NCBI GenBank assembly: GCA_965213705.1 | Contig: OZ243913.1 | Coordinates: 1,536,001 to 1,600,000 of the forward strand | Direction of reading: 5' to 3' | From: Trueperaceae bacterium | GTDB lineage: Bacteria > Deinococcota > Deinococci > Deinococcales > Trueperaceae | Length of the DNA: 64,000 bases | Part shown: positions 37,939 to 48,195 of the stretch, one piece after another | How positions within the stretch are numbered: position 1 is the first letter of the stretch | How the letters are laid out: the number at the start of each line of letters is the position of its first letter | Program-made: the position numbers and the translations under genes | The notes under the pieces: model-generated | What the model was told of the DNA's origin: nothing | What the model saw: the letters and a program-made list of their open reading frames with translations, nothing else | Databases searched by the model: none

Positions 37939-38845
37939 AACAATAGTTGCGACAACGCACCCTATCGGCAGGGACGGCAAGATTTGCTGTCCCTTCCACG
38001 ACGACGCACACCCGAGCTGCCACATCTACCCCGACGGCTACAAGTGTTTCGCCTGCGGCGCGCACGGCGACCACCTGACTTGGTTGGAAGAGGTGCAAGG
38101 GCTGTCGGTCGCGGCGGCCATCGCTTGTTTGGCGGGCGGTGGCGGCTCGCTGCCGCGCCGCCCGCCCCCACGCCGCGCCAAGGCGACAGTGAATTACAGC
38201 CCGATAAGCGCGGCTGCTTACAGCAGTTACGCTCACCGGTTGCGGGTCACGAACCGTTTGCCAAAAGCCCTCGAGCACCGCGGCCTCAACTTAGAGCAGG
38301 CCCTTCAACTCGGCGTCGCCGCGCTCGGTGACGACGCGCTGCTGCCCATCGCCGGGCCGTCGGGCGACATCTTGGCGCTCAAACGTCGTTTTTACGCCTC
38401 CCAGGACGGCTTGCGCTACGCCTACACGACCGCCGGCCACGGCAGCCCGGCCTGGTGCTCGCCCAACTTTCTGAGTTGCGAGCACGTGCTGGTGGTCGAG
38501 GGCGAACTCAACGGAATCGTGAGCTATTCGGTCCTCAAGGAGGTGGGAGCCGAGGTAGCGGTGATGGGTGTGGCGGGCGTGTACGGCGGTTTGCACGAGG
38601 CGGCGCTGCGCGGCAAACAGGTTTACGTGTGGGCCGACCGGGACGGACCCGGCACGCGCGCCAGAAAACGCTGGCAGTCCAAAGCGCGGCGCGCGGGCTG
38701 CGCGGTCGCCAAGGCGCTTCCCTCGACAAGCGCCGACGCCTGCGAGTTGGCCGGGCAAGAAGGGCGGCTCTACTTGGCCTCGTGGTTGTTGGAGGCGATG
38801 AACAAGCGCCTCAAAACCCGCACCCCACAAAAGGAGTTGGCATGA
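37895..38845 (+). CDS. DnaG-like primase: CHC2 Zn finger plus TOPRIM
   Basis: CPFHDDAHPSC...YKCFAC; VVEGE; WADRDGPG DxD. Confidence 0.8.
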   Translation: MKTDIPALKANRDFRTIVATTHPIGRDGKICCPFHDDAHPSCHIYPDGYKCFACGAHGDHLTWLEEVQGLSVAAAIACLAGGGGSLPRRPPPRRAKATVNYSPISAAAYSSYAHRLRVTNRLPKALEHRGLNLEQALQLGVAALGDDALLPIAGPSGDILALKRRFYASQDGLRYAYTTAGHGSPAWCSPNFLSCEHVLVVEGELNGIVSYSVLKEVGAEVAVMGVAGVYGGLHEAALRGKQVYVWADRDGPGTRARKRWQSKARRAGCAVAKALPSTSADACELAGQEGRLYLASWLLEAMNKRLKTRTPQKELA

Positions 38846-39090
38846 TTGGCGTAACGACAAGCGAATGTCCGCGTTGCCAGGGCGAAGGTGTCTTGCTGTT
38901 TGCGGGGCGTCCCGGCGCGTTCTCGAGCTTAGAAGACGGTTTTGTACCCTCGGAAGCCTTTCGCGCCTGCCCCGACTGCTCGGGCGAAGGCGAGTTGGAG
39001 GTCTGCGCGGAGTGCCTGCAACCGTTGACCATCCAGCGCGGGCGCGAAGTCTGCGGCTGCGCCGAGCTTGCTTGGTTGGACGCGGCCTGA
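38842..39090 (+). CDS. Small DnaJ-type Zn-finger protein
   Basis: CPRCQGEG and CPDCSGEG plus CAEC and CGC; AAGGAG RBS; ATGA overlap. Confidence 0.75.
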   Translation: MIGVTTSECPRCQGEGVLLFAGRPGAFSSLEDGFVPSEAFRACPDCSGEGELEVCAECLQPLTIQRGREVCGCAELAWLDAA

Positions 39091-39255
39091 CGTTCAGACT
39101 GATACCTTTTCCGTTTAATTATGAGGTATAAGGTCGCTCGAGCCGGCGCTGTCAAACAAAGGGTTGCAACCACTCATTAGCTGAGAGAAGTGTGTGAAAG
39201 GCGAGACCTCAGGCGAGTTGCGGAGATTCTCAGGCCTCGAGCCGGCCCCTACCGG

Positions 39256-39999
39256 TCAAGCGGCCTCGGCAGGCAGCAGCTTTCCGGCGCCCACACCTGT
39301 CAGGTAGGCCAAAAACGACGGCAGGATCGGCAACACGCAGGGCGACAAAAACGACAGCAAACCGGCCACAAGGGCGAGCCCGAAACCGGGCCGACTCCCG
39401 GCGAGGCTGTTTTCAAGACTGCCCAAACTCGCCAAGTACGGCGACAAGGCGGCGACCGAGTCGGTCAGCAGCAGTACGCCCACCAAGACGAGCAACACGC
39501 CGCCCGCTTTTTCAATCGTTCCGGTGTACCGGTTCAGTTTGCGCACGCTCGGCAGCGCTTGCGCGGCTATCAAAAACGGCAGCGCGAAGCCGAGCGAGTA
39601 AGCGCCCAGCAGCAAGCCGCCCTGCAGGGCTGAACCGCTCGTGCCTGCCACGAGCAAAATTCCACCCAAAATCGGCCCGACGCAGGGCGTCCAGCCCGCC
39701 CCAAAAGCTATGCCGACCAGCAGCGAGCCCGCATACCCCGACGGCTTGGTGCTGAAACGCGCCCGTAAATCGCGCTGTAAAAACGCCAGCGGAACCAGGC
39801 CCAACATCAACAAACCGAAAAAAATCAGCGCGACGCCCGCGCCGATGCGCAGCGCGTCGCCAAACCTAAACAGCAGGTCGCTCACCAAACCGGCGCTGAA
39901 GCCGAGGGCCACAAACACCGTACTCAAGCCCATGACAAACATCAGGCTGTGCAAGCCGATGTGAAGGCGCACGGGCAGGGCGGCTCGAGACGTACTCAC
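39256..39999 (-). CDS. ccdA: CcdA/DsbD-family thiol-disulfide transporter, circularly permuted
   Basis: GWTPCVGPIL mid-protein; GLLSFLSPCVLP at the C-terminus. Confidence 0.85.
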   Translation of the reverse strand: MSTSRAALPVRLHIGLHSLMFVMGLSTVFVALGFSAGLVSDLLFRFGDALRIGAGVALIFFGLLMLGLVPLAFLQRDLRARFSTKPSGYAGSLLVGIAFGAGWTPCVGPILGGILLVAGTSGSALQGGLLLGAYSLGFALPFLIAAQALPSVRKLNRYTGTIEKAGGVLLVLVGVLLLTDSVAALSPYLASLGSLENSLAGSRPGFGLALVAGLLSFLSPCVLPILPSFLAYLTGVGAGKLLPAEAA

Positions 40000-40003
40000 G
40001 GTT

Positions 40004-40552
40004 TCACGGCTTCCAAGTCACGCCGATACTCGCCAGCAAACCGGGCGCTTCGGACGGCAGTAACAGGCCCACCTTGACGCCGCGAACGATTCCCTCAGCG
40101 TCGATGAAAAACGTCGTCGGCATCCCGCGCACGCGGTAGTTGCGGAGGGTCTTGTCGGTGGTCTCGAGCGCCGTGTCCTGCGCCTTGAACGCCTCCCGCT
40201 GCTCTTTCGTCGGGTCGAGGACAGTGGGCAAGGTAATCTCTAAACCCTGCAAAAAGGAAAGGGCCTCGGCCGGGTTTTCACCGTTGTTGACGAGGAGGAC
40301 GGCGAGGTTTTCTCCGGCTGCGTTGACTTCGCTGTAGAGCCGCTGGAAAAAGGGCAATTCTTCGACACAAGGCGCGCACCAGCTGGCCCACACGTTGAGG
40401 ATGAGCGGCTGGCCCCGGAAGTCCTCCAAACTGACGCTTTCACCCTGACCGTCGACGAGGTTGAACGCGGGCGCTTCGCTGCCCACGCCCTGCGCCGTCA
40501 CGGGCGTGGGCAGCGTCAAGAGAACGCCGAGGCAGAATATGAGCAGTTTCAT
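40004..40552 (-). CDS. TlpA/ResA-type thioredoxin
   Basis: Signal peptide, NVWASWCAPC, GMPTTFFID. Confidence 0.9.
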   Translation of the reverse strand: MKLLIFCLGVLLTLPTPVTAQGVGSEAPAFNLVDGQGESVSLEDFRGQPLILNVWASWCAPCVEELPFFQRLYSEVNAAGENLAVLLVNNGENPAEALSFLQGLEITLPTVLDPTKEQREAFKAQDTALETTDKTLRNYRVRGMPTTFFIDAEGIVRGVKVGLLLPSEAPGLLASIGVTWKP

Positions 40553-40605
40553 ACCTCGGAGGATAGCGAAAGCCCCCTCGGGTCGCCGTATCGAAGTTGA
40601 CCGGG

Positions 40606-41445
40606 CTAGCGGAGTTGCTCGAGCACGTCCGCGCCCAACTCACGCCCGAGCGCGACAGCCTCGGCCGCTTCGCCGACGACCTCGGCCTGGACCGAGAGCG
40701 CCCTGCTGTTGTCGGCCACCGCGCCGAACAGGGTCAGTTCGCCGTCGCTCGTGACCGTGGCGAGCGTGCCGACCGCGTACCGGTCGTGGCCCTCGAACAC
40801 GGCGGCGAAGCTGCGCTCGGCTACAGCGCGGTCAAAGCTCGGGCGGTGTTGGAGGCTGTAGGCGAGTTCGTAAGCCATGTCGTCGCTTTCTTGAACGACC
40901 AAGCCGGTACTGCCCTGGCCGGGCGCGGGCGGAAACAGGTCGGGCTCGAGCAGCGCGTCCGCCGCCGCGCGCCGCCCGAGTTCGCTCAGGTGCGCGCCGG
41001 GCACGAGCAGCGCGTGGACGCGCCCGGCAGCGAGTTCGGCCAGTTGCGCGTCCAAGTTACCGGTGAGGACTTGGGGCTGCAAGTCGGCCCTGGCCGCGCA
41101 CACGAAAGAATAGTCGCGTTCGCCCTGAACCCCCACGGCGGCGTTCGGCGGCAGCTCGGCGAGCGCGGCTTGGCCTTTGGTGAGCAGCGCAGTCCTGGGC
41201 TCGAGCCGCTTCGTCACCGCGACCAGCGCCACGCCTTCGGGCAGAACGAGCGGCAGGGTTGCTAGGTCGAACAGCGCGACACCGACCTGACCCCTGGAGA
41301 GAGCGCTCAGGAGTTCGGCGTCGCTTAAAAAGGTGCGTTGGTTAAACTGAACGTCGGGCCATTCTGTCGTGAGGTCGGCGAGGACGGTGCGCGTTTGGGC
41401 TACGGCCACAGCGCTGCCCCGACCCCCTAAAACGATTCTTGCCAT
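40606..41445 (-). CDS. Degenerate hydroxymethylbilane synthase (HemC)-like protein
   Basis: RGS..A..Q, R.EPR, GN, PAPGQG and AERS retained; catalytic motifs missing. Confidence 0.75.
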   Translation of the reverse strand: MARIVLGGRGSAVAVAQTRTVLADLTTEWPDVQFNQRTFLSDAELLSALSRGQVGVALFDLATLPLVLPEGVALVAVTKRLEPRTALLTKGQAALAELPPNAAVGVQGERDYSFVCAARADLQPQVLTGNLDAQLAELAAGRVHALLVPGAHLSELGRRAAADALLEPDLFPPAPGQGSTGLVVQESDDMAYELAYSLQHRPSFDRAVAERSFAAVFEGHDRYAVGTLATVTSDGELTLFGAVADNSRALSVQAEVVGEAAEAVALGRELGADVLEQLR

Positions 41446-41482
41446 ACCTAAAGTTTACCCTCCCTCAAAATTTTGCCTTGTG

Positions 41483-42652
41483 TCACTTGCTCGCGGCCGC
41501 TCGCAACGCCGCGCCGCGGTCGGTCGCCTCCCACGGAAAACCCTCACGCCCGAAGTGTCCGTAGGAGCTGGTCGCCTTGTAGATGGGTCTACGCAAGTCG
41601 AGCTGTTCGATAATCGCCGCGGGCCGCGCGTCGAAAACCTCGTGAACGAGTTTGCTCAACGTCTCATCGCCAACTTGCGACGTGCCGAAACTGTCGACGT
41701 ACATCCCGACCGGCCGTGCTACCCCGATGGCGTAGGCGAGCTGCACCTGACAGCGCTCGGCCAGCCCCGCCGCGACGACGTTTTTAGCGATGTAGCGGGC
41801 GTAGTACGCGCCGCTCCGGTCGACCTTGGTCGGGTCCTTGCCGCTGAACGCGCCGCCGCCGTGGGGCGCTGCGCCGCCGTAGGTGTCGACGATGATTTTG
41901 CGCCCGGTGAGCCCGGCGTCGCCCTGCGGCCCGCCGATGACGAAGCGGCCGGTCGGGTTGACGTAGAACTTGGTCGCTTCGCTCAGGTAGTGTTCGGGGA
42001 TAACCGCGCACACGACTTCGCGGATGAGGTCGTCGCGCAAGCGCTCTTGGTCGACCTCCGGGTGGTGCTGCGCCGACAGCACGACGGCGCTGACGCCGGT
42101 CGGGGTCGCGCCGTCGTAAGAAACGGTCACTTGCGCTTTGCCGTCGGGGCGCAGGTACTCGAGCACCCCGGTTTTACGCACCTCCGCCAAACGCTGCGTT
42201 ATCTTGTGTGCCAGCGTGATGGGCAGCGGCATCAGTTCGGGCGTCTCCCGCGTCGCGTAGCCGAACATCAGCCCTTGGTCGCCCGCGCCGGTGCGGTCGT
42301 AGCGGTCGCCCGAGGCAGCCTCGAGCGCGCTACTCACCCCCTGCGCGATGTCGGGCGACTGCTCGTTGATGGCGACCAGCACCGCGCTGTGGTCGGCGTC
42401 GAAGCCGTAGTCGCTGTTCGTATAGCCGACCTCGCGCACCGTCTCGCGCACCAGCGCTTGAACGTCCACGTACCCCGTCGTGGTGATTTCACCGGTGACG
42501 AGCGCCAAACCGGTGCAAAGCAGCGTTTCCGCCGCCACCCGCGCCTGCGGGTCGAGCGCCAAAAGTGCGTCCAACACGCTGTCGCTGATGCGGTCGGCAA
42601 GCTTGTCCGGGTGGCCTTCGGTGACCGATTCGGCCGAGATGAGCTTAAACAT
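41483..42652 (-). CDS. metK: S-adenosylmethionine synthetase
   Basis: [25 protein letters not shown]. Confidence 0.97.
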   Translation of the reverse strand: MFKLISAESVTEGHPDKLADRISDSVLDALLALDPQARVAAETLLCTGLALVTGEITTTGYVDVQALVRETVREVGYTNSDYGFDADHSAVLVAINEQSPDIAQGVSSALEAASGDRYDRTGAGDQGLMFGYATRETPELMPLPITLAHKITQRLAEVRKTGVLEYLRPDGKAQVTVSYDGATPTGVSAVVLSAQHHPEVDQERLRDDLIREVVCAVIPEHYLSEATKFYVNPTGRFVIGGPQGDAGLTGRKIIVDTYGGAAPHGGGAFSGKDPTKVDRSGAYYARYIAKNVVAAGLAERCQVQLAYAIGVARPVGMYVDSFGTSQVGDETLSKLVHEVFDARPAAIIEQLDLRRPIYKATSSYGHFGREGFPWEATDRGAALRAAASK

Positions 42653-42803
42653 GATGGCCTCCAGGCCGTGAGAGATGATGACTACAGCTCACAGGACGAG
42701 CGTTGGCCCGAACTGGCCGTCGGTTATTGTGGCACATCGGCTTTGCCAACGTCTCAGTACCATAAACTAATCCTCGAGGTCAGAACTTCAAGAGGTCGTT
42801 GAA

Positions 42804-43352
42804 ATGGGTCTGCTGGTCGCTTTGAGTTTTACAGCCGAAGACAGTGCAGCCAAAGCTGTTTTGTCAGAACTCTCGAGTTTGGCCGAACCGTACGAGTACA
42901 AGTTGTATTTGGGAATTCCACCCAAAGAGCAACACATGTGGGACATGACCGACGGACTCCAACAGCTTGCCGACCTCAGAGGCTGGAATACAATCATCTT
43001 GGTCTATACCTATAACGACCAGGGTTTACCCTTCGCTCGGAATATCAACGAGGAATTTAACGAGTTTCGTTTGGGCAGGGGAGGACCGCCTGTTTTCTTG
43101 AACTTTTTAGAAGAGGCGAACCAAATCTTGGCTGACCGGTTGAAAAGCTATACAGTCTCTTTCTCCGACGAGTGGCCGAAAGACACGGATATTAGGCTCT
43201 ACGAAGGTTCCCTCACCGAACTTCTGACGCTTTTAAAAGGACCGGGCGGTTGGATGATTGAGGTTTTCAACCCTGCCCAACAGATATACCGCATAAAGGA
43301 TGAGTGGCCGTTGGTTTTCACTGTTCACGCAACACCTCAAGATTCGCCCTGA
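42804..43352 (+). CDS. Lower-GC orphan protein
   Basis: 182 aa ORF; GAGG upstream. Confidence 0.65.
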   Translation: MGLLVALSFTAEDSAAKAVLSELSSLAEPYEYKLYLGIPPKEQHMWDMTDGLQQLADLRGWNTIILVYTYNDQGLPFARNINEEFNEFRLGRGGPPVFLNFLEEANQILADRLKSYTVSFSDEWPKDTDIRLYEGSLTELLTLLKGPGGWMIEVFNPAQQIYRIKDEWPLVFTVHATPQDSP

Positions 43353-43357
43353 CGTTT

Positions 43358-43873
43358 TCAATCCAGTAAAACTTCCCCCTCGCTCAAGTCGTCGAACCGG
43401 TCGGCCAGGTCGAGCAATCCCTGGCTCGCCGTCGCCCGAAAGGCCAGCACTTCTACCCGGCAACCCCGCGCTTGGGCCAAGTCGAGCAGCGGCACGAAGT
43501 CACCGTCGCCGCTCGCTAGAACGACGACCTCGAGCCCATCCCAACTCCGCACGATGTCGGCGGCGATGCCCATGTCCCAGTCGCCGTCGATGACCAGCTC
43601 GCCGCTGTCCGAGCGGCGCTCGACACTTTTCTTGCGGCGCACCCGGTAACCCAGGCTTGACAATTTGGTTATAAACCCGAACGCGGCCGACTCGCCCTCA
43701 CGCTCGACCACGTAGGCGGTCGCGCTCGCGAGGCGGCGGCCCCGCAGCGCGACGTGCAAGAGTTTTTCGTAGTCCACCCGGCTCCCGAACTCTTGCCGGG
43801 CGGCGTAATAGAGGTTTTGCGTGTCGACGAACAGCCCGACGCGCTGCTCCGGCCACTCGCCCGGATTGGTCAC
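43358..43873 (-). CDS. NYN-domain (LabA/DUF88) protein
   Basis: FVDTQN, DWDMGIAAD, SGDGDF. Confidence 0.9.
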   Translation of the reverse strand: MTNPGEWPEQRVGLFVDTQNLYYAARQEFGSRVDYEKLLHVALRGRRLASATAYVVEREGESAAFGFITKLSSLGYRVRRKKSVERRSDSGELVIDGDWDMGIAADIVRSWDGLEVVVLASGDGDFVPLLDLAQARGCRVEVLAFRATASQGLLDLADRFDDLSEGEVLLD

Positions 43874-44394
43874 GCCTCTCCCAAAAACTTCGCCATGATG
43901 AGGTTGTCCTCAAAACCCTGCTCGAGCCGAATCTGCGCCCGCTCGCGGCCTTCCAAGACGAAACCGTGCTGCTGGTAAAGGTTCACGGCCGCCCCGTTGT
44001 TGGCCCGCACGTTGAGCGAGATTTTCTCGACGCCGACGCGCAGCGCCCAGCGCTCGGCCTCGGCGAGCAGGGCTCCGGCGACGCCCTGACGGCGGCTCGC
44101 CGCTGCCACCGCGAGCGTCAAAACGGCGACGTGCTGCATCTTGGCCGCGGCGAGCCGGTTGAGTTCCAACCAGGCCGCAACCTCGCCCGCCGCCCCAGCC
44201 GCGACAAGATAATGGGACATTTTGGGCTCGAGCGACCTCACCCGCCGCGCTATGGACTCGGCGCTTGGCGGCCCGTTACCGACGAACCAGCGCTCCTCGT
44301 CGTAAATGGCTTTTTGCAAAACGGCCAGCGCCGCCGCGTCTTCCGAAGTGGCGTTGCGAACCCTGAACCGCGTGCGATTCGGCGCTAGAGACAT
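43870..44394 (-). CDS. GNAT acetyltransferase
   Basis: V....RRQGVA; N..AVNLYQQHGF. Confidence 0.9.
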   Translation of the reverse strand: MSLAPNRTRFRVRNATSEDAAALAVLQKAIYDEERWFVGNGPPSAESIARRVRSLEPKMSHYLVAAGAAGEVAAWLELNRLAAAKMQHVAVLTLAVAAASRRQGVAGALLAEAERWALRVGVEKISLNVRANNGAAVNLYQQHGFVLEGRERAQIRLEQGFEDNLIMAKFLGEA

Positions 44395-44551
44395 GGTCCC
44401 AAGTATAAAGCGCCGTGCTTTCCAAAATCGCGTCGACCTTTCAATCCTACAAACGAGGTTGCCGCGCTCGTCAGCTAGACCTAGGGCTTTTTGACCCTGT
44501 TGGCGGCAACTCCAAAACGAGGCACAGCGAGTAAGTTAGCCCCTATCTTGC

Positions 44552-44592
44552 GCTCCCTTTTTAGGGGAGCTGGCGCGAAGCGACTGAGGGGT
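44552..44592. repeat. REP-like palindromic element
   Basis: GCTCCCTTTTTAGGGGAGC hairpin followed by TGGCGCGAAGCGACTGAGGGGT; single copy in the window. Confidence 0.4.
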
Positions 44593-44603
44593 CCGCCCGA
44601 ACC

Positions 44604-46520
44604 CTACCCAACCAACATGTCCCGGCTTCTCAGGTAAGTCACGATTTTCTCGACACACTCCTCGACGCTGTCGCGCTCGGTGTGGAGCGTGATTTCGGGT
44701 TGGCGGGGCGGTTCGTAGGGCGAGTCGATGCCGGTGAAGTTTTTGATGTCGCCGCGCCTAGCTTTAGCGTAGCTGCCCTTGGGGTCGCGCGCTTCGCAGA
44801 CTTCGAGCGGCGTGTCGACGAAAATCTCCACGAACTCGTCTTCGGCGACGAGCCCGCGCACCATTTGGCGGTCGCTCCGAAAGGGCGAAATGAAAGCGGT
44901 CAGGACGATTAAACCGGCGTCGACGAACAGCTTGGCCGTTTCGCCGATGCGGCGGATGTTCTCTTCGCGGTCGGCGTCGGTGAACCCTAAGTCTTTGTTC
45001 AAGCCGTGGCGCACGTTGTCGCCGTCGAGGAGGTAAGAGTGGTGACCGAGTTGGAACAACCTGGCCTCGAGCGCGTTCGAAATCGTCGACTTGCCCGAGC
45101 CGCTAAGTCCCGTAAACCACAGCACGCACGGTTTTTGGCTTTTCTGGTTGGCGCGCGCCTCTTTACTGATTCGGTGCTCGTGCCAAAACACGTTGGTGGA
45201 CTTGTCCGGCATCGTCGTCGCCGAGCCCCTGTGAATTATCCCCGCCCCGACGGTGCCGTTGCTGACGCGGTCGATGAGGATGAAGTTGCCGGTCGATTTC
45301 GAGACGTCGTAGGGGTCGAAGGCGACCTCCTCGGTCAAGGCGAAGCGGCACGAGCCGATTTCGTTGAGTTTGAGCTGCTCTGCCTCGCACTGCTCCAGGG
45401 TGTTGACGTCGGTGCGGTAGTGGACGCGTTCGACGCTGCCCCGCACCGTTTTCGCCCCGAGTTTGACGAGGTATTGCTTGCCCGGCAAGAGCGGCGCGGC
45501 AGCCATCCACACCACCGCCGCGTCGAAGCTCGTGCCCAAGCTCGGCGCGCTGTCGGGGTGAACAAGCATGTCGCCGCGGCCGATGTCGAGTTCGTCCGCC
45601 AGGGTGAGGGTGACGGCTTGGCCCTCGGACGCTTCCCCGAGGTCCCCGTCGTAAGTGACGATAGAGGCAACCTGGCTCGTCTTGCGCGACGGGTACGCCA
45701 TCACCTTGTCGCCCACGGCGACGCGGCCCGCGGCGACGGTGCCGCAGTAGCCGCGAAAGTCGAGGTGCGGGCGGTTGACGTACTGGACGGGGTAGCGAAA
45801 TTCTTGAAAGGCGTCGCGTTTCAGGGGGACGTGCTCGAGCGTCCCCAGCAAACTCTCGCCTTTAAACCAAGGCGTATCGGCGCTCAGCTCCACGACGTTG
45901 TCGCCTTGAAGCGCCGACACGGGAACGAAGCGGAGGTCGGTAAACTCCAGCTCGTTTGCAAACGCTCGGTAGTCGGCCTCTATCTCGTCGAAAACGTCTT
46001 TGTCGAAGCCGACCAAGTCCATCTTGTTGACCGTGACGACGGCGTGTTTGATGCCCAAGAGCGAGACGATGTAGCTGTGGCGCTTTGTCTGCGTCTGTAC
46101 ACCTTTGCGCGCGTCGACCAAAATCACCGCCAAGTCGGCCGTCGACGCGCCGGTCGCCATGTTGCGGGTGTACTGCTCGTGGCCCGGCGTGTCGGCGATG
46201 ATGAATTTACGCGCCTCGGTCGAAAAGTAGCGGTAGGCCACGTCGATGGTGATGCCCTGCTCGCGCTCGGACTGCAAACCGTCGACGAGCAGCGCTAAGT
46301 CGACCTCATCCCCCGTCGTGCCGAACTTCTGGCTGTCGGCGGCAATGGCCTTGAACTGGTCCTCGTAAATCATCTTCGAGTCGTGGAGCAGGCGGCCGAT
46401 GAGCGTGCTCTTGCCGTCGTCGACGCTGCCGCAGGTGATAAAGCGCAAGAGTTCTTTGCGCTCGTGCTGCTGCAAGTAGCTTTGAATGTCGCTGGAAATC
46501 GTCTGAGACTGGTGGGACAT
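44604..46520 (-). CDS. cysNC: Bifunctional sulfate adenylyltransferase subunit 1 / APS kinase
   Basis: [37 protein letters not shown]. Confidence 0.95.
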   Translation of the reverse strand: MSHQSQTISSDIQSYLQQHERKELLRFITCGSVDDGKSTLIGRLLHDSKMIYEDQFKAIAADSQKFGTTGDEVDLALLVDGLQSEREQGITIDVAYRYFSTEARKFIIADTPGHEQYTRNMATGASTADLAVILVDARKGVQTQTKRHSYIVSLLGIKHAVVTVNKMDLVGFDKDVFDEIEADYRAFANELEFTDLRFVPVSALQGDNVVELSADTPWFKGESLLGTLEHVPLKRDAFQEFRYPVQYVNRPHLDFRGYCGTVAAGRVAVGDKVMAYPSRKTSQVASIVTYDGDLGEASEGQAVTLTLADELDIGRGDMLVHPDSAPSLGTSFDAAVVWMAAAPLLPGKQYLVKLGAKTVRGSVERVHYRTDVNTLEQCEAEQLKLNEIGSCRFALTEEVAFDPYDVSKSTGNFILIDRVSNGTVGAGIIHRGSATTMPDKSTNVFWHEHRISKEARANQKSQKPCVLWFTGLSGSGKSTISNALEARLFQLGHHSYLLDGDNVRHGLNKDLGFTDADREENIRRIGETAKLFVDAGLIVLTAFISPFRSDRQMVRGLVAEDEFVEIFVDTPLEVCEARDPKGSYAKARRGDIKNFTGIDSPYEPPRQPEITLHTERDSVEECVEKIVTYLRSRDMLVG

Positions 46521-47419
46521 TAAAAATACCCTTGCCGTTTCTTTTCTTCCATCGACCCGGCCTGGTCGAAGTCGATGACGCGGCCCTGGCGCTCCGAACT
46601 TTTGGCGAGGAGCATTTCTTGGATGATTTCAGGCAGCGTGGTCGCGTGTGAGTCCACCGCCCCGCTCAAGGGGTAGCAGCCGAGCGTGCGAAAGCGCACC
46701 CACTCGAGCCTCGGGCTCTCGCCTTCTTTGAGCGGCATCCGCTCGTCGTCGACCATGATTTTCACGCCGTCCCGCTCGACGACGGGGCGCGCGGCAGCGA
46801 AGTAAAGCGGCACAATCGGAATGTCTTCCAAGTAAACGTACTGCCACACGTCGAGTTCGGTCCAGTTCGACAGCGGGAACACGCGGATGCTCTCGCCCTT
46901 GTTCACGCGGCCGTTGTAGAGGTTCCACAGTTCCGGGCGCTGGTTTTTGGGGTCCCAGCGGTGAGCGGCGTCGCGGAACGAATACACACGCTCTTTGGCT
47001 CGAGACTTTTCCTCGTCGCGCCGCGCCCCGCCGAAGGCGGCGTCGAACCCGTATTTGTTCAGCGCCTGCTTCAGGGCCTCGGTTTTCATGATTTCGGTGT
47101 GAACTTTGCTGCCGTGGCTGAACGGGTTAACGCCTTGCGCCACGCCCTCTTCGTTGATGTGGACAATTAAGTCCAGTCCGAGGCGCGCGGCGGTCTCGTC
47201 TCTGAACGCAATCATCTCTTTGAACTTCCAGGTCGTGTCGACGTGCAAGAACCGAAAGGGCGGTTTGGCCGGGTAGAACGCTTTCAGCGCCAGGTGCAGC
47301 ATCACCGAAGAATCCTTGCCGATGGAGTAAAGCATGACCGGGTTTTCGAACTCGGCGGCGACCTCGCGGATGATGTGAATGCTCTCGGCCTCGAGCTGTT
47401 GCAAGTGGGTGGACTTCAT
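46520..47419 (-). CDS. cysD: Sulfate adenylyltransferase subunit 2
   Basis: [29 protein letters not shown]. Confidence 0.95.
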   Translation of the reverse strand: MKSTHLQQLEAESIHIIREVAAEFENPVMLYSIGKDSSVMLHLALKAFYPAKPPFRFLHVDTTWKFKEMIAFRDETAARLGLDLIVHINEEGVAQGVNPFSHGSKVHTEIMKTEALKQALNKYGFDAAFGGARRDEEKSRAKERVYSFRDAAHRWDPKNQRPELWNLYNGRVNKGESIRVFPLSNWTELDVWQYVYLEDIPIVPLYFAAARPVVERDGVKIMVDDERMPLKEGESPRLEWVRFRTLGCYPLSGAVDSHATTLPEIIQEMLLAKSSERQGRVIDFDQAGSMEEKKRQGYF

Positions 47420-48195
47420 TGACGACCTTTCGGCGCGTGCTCGAGAAAGCGCGTGGTGGGCTCGGCGCTGACGAGAAAGTGCGGGTTGAGGAGCGACGCT
47501 TTGGTGTTGTAGCGCAGCGGCGCGCCGGTCTCGAGATTGTAGACCATCCCGCCCGCCGCCTCGACGATGCACTGCGCCGCCGCCGTGTCCCATTCGGAGG
47601 TGGGGCCGAAACGCGGGTACAGGTGGGCTTGGCCCGCGGCGACGAGGCAGAACTTTAGCGAACTGCCCATCGTCACGGTCTCAACCTCGCCGAGTTGGAT
47701 TATGAACGTCTCGAAATCCTCGCTGCCGTGCGAGCGGCTGCCTGCCACCGTCCAAACGCCGCCCTCCGCGGGAAAACTTAGGGGCTCGAGCCGCCGTTCG
47801 CCGTCGTCCTGCCAAGCGCCCTCGTCCTTTACGCCCCAGTAGAGCGTGCCCAACACGGGCGCGTACACCACGCCTAAAACCGGCACGTGGTCCTCGATAA
47901 GTGCGATGTTGACGGTAAACTCCCCGTTGCGCTTGACGAACTCCTTGGTGCCGTCGAGCGGGTCGACGAGCCAGTAGCGCCGCCAAGAACGCCGCGTTTC
48001 CCAGGGCAGCGCCGCCGACTCTTCGGACAACACGGGGGTGTCCGGCGTGAGCGCTGTCAAAGCCTCGGTAATCAGCGCGTGCGACGCCAAGTCGGCCTCG
48101 GTCAGCGGGCTCTCGTCCGCTTTTTCGTAAACGCTGAAGTCTTGCGCGTAAACCTTCATGATGGCGTCACCGGCGCGGCGGGCAATGGTAAGCAC
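47416..48195 (-). CDS. cysQ: 3'(2'),5'-bisphosphate nucleotidase (start may be ATA at 48216)
   Basis: [25 protein letters not shown]. Confidence 0.9.
   Translation of the reverse strand: MLTIARRAGDAIMKVYAQDFSVYEKADESPLTEADLASHALITEALTALTPDTPVLSEESAALPWETRRSWRRYWLVDPLDGTKEFVKRNGEFTVNIALIEDHVPVLGVVYAPVLGTLYWGVKDEGAWQDDGERRLEPLSFPAEGGVWTVAGSRSHGSEDFETFIIQLGEVETVTMGSSLKFCLVAAGQAHLYPRFGPTSEWDTAAAQCIVEAAGGMVYNLETGAPLRYNTKASLLNPHFLVSAEPTTRFLEHAPKGRQ

Noticed and set aside
39102..39130. Fourth operator copy (ATACCTT...TGAGGTAT)
   Set aside because: Wrong spacing or four mismatches, and it lies between convergent gene ends rather than at a promoter
41369..42802. Long antisense ORFs (also 45006-46298, 51969-53126, 56467-57447)
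   Set aside because: Shadow frames of conserved GC-rich genes (metK, cysNC, hslU, GH15)
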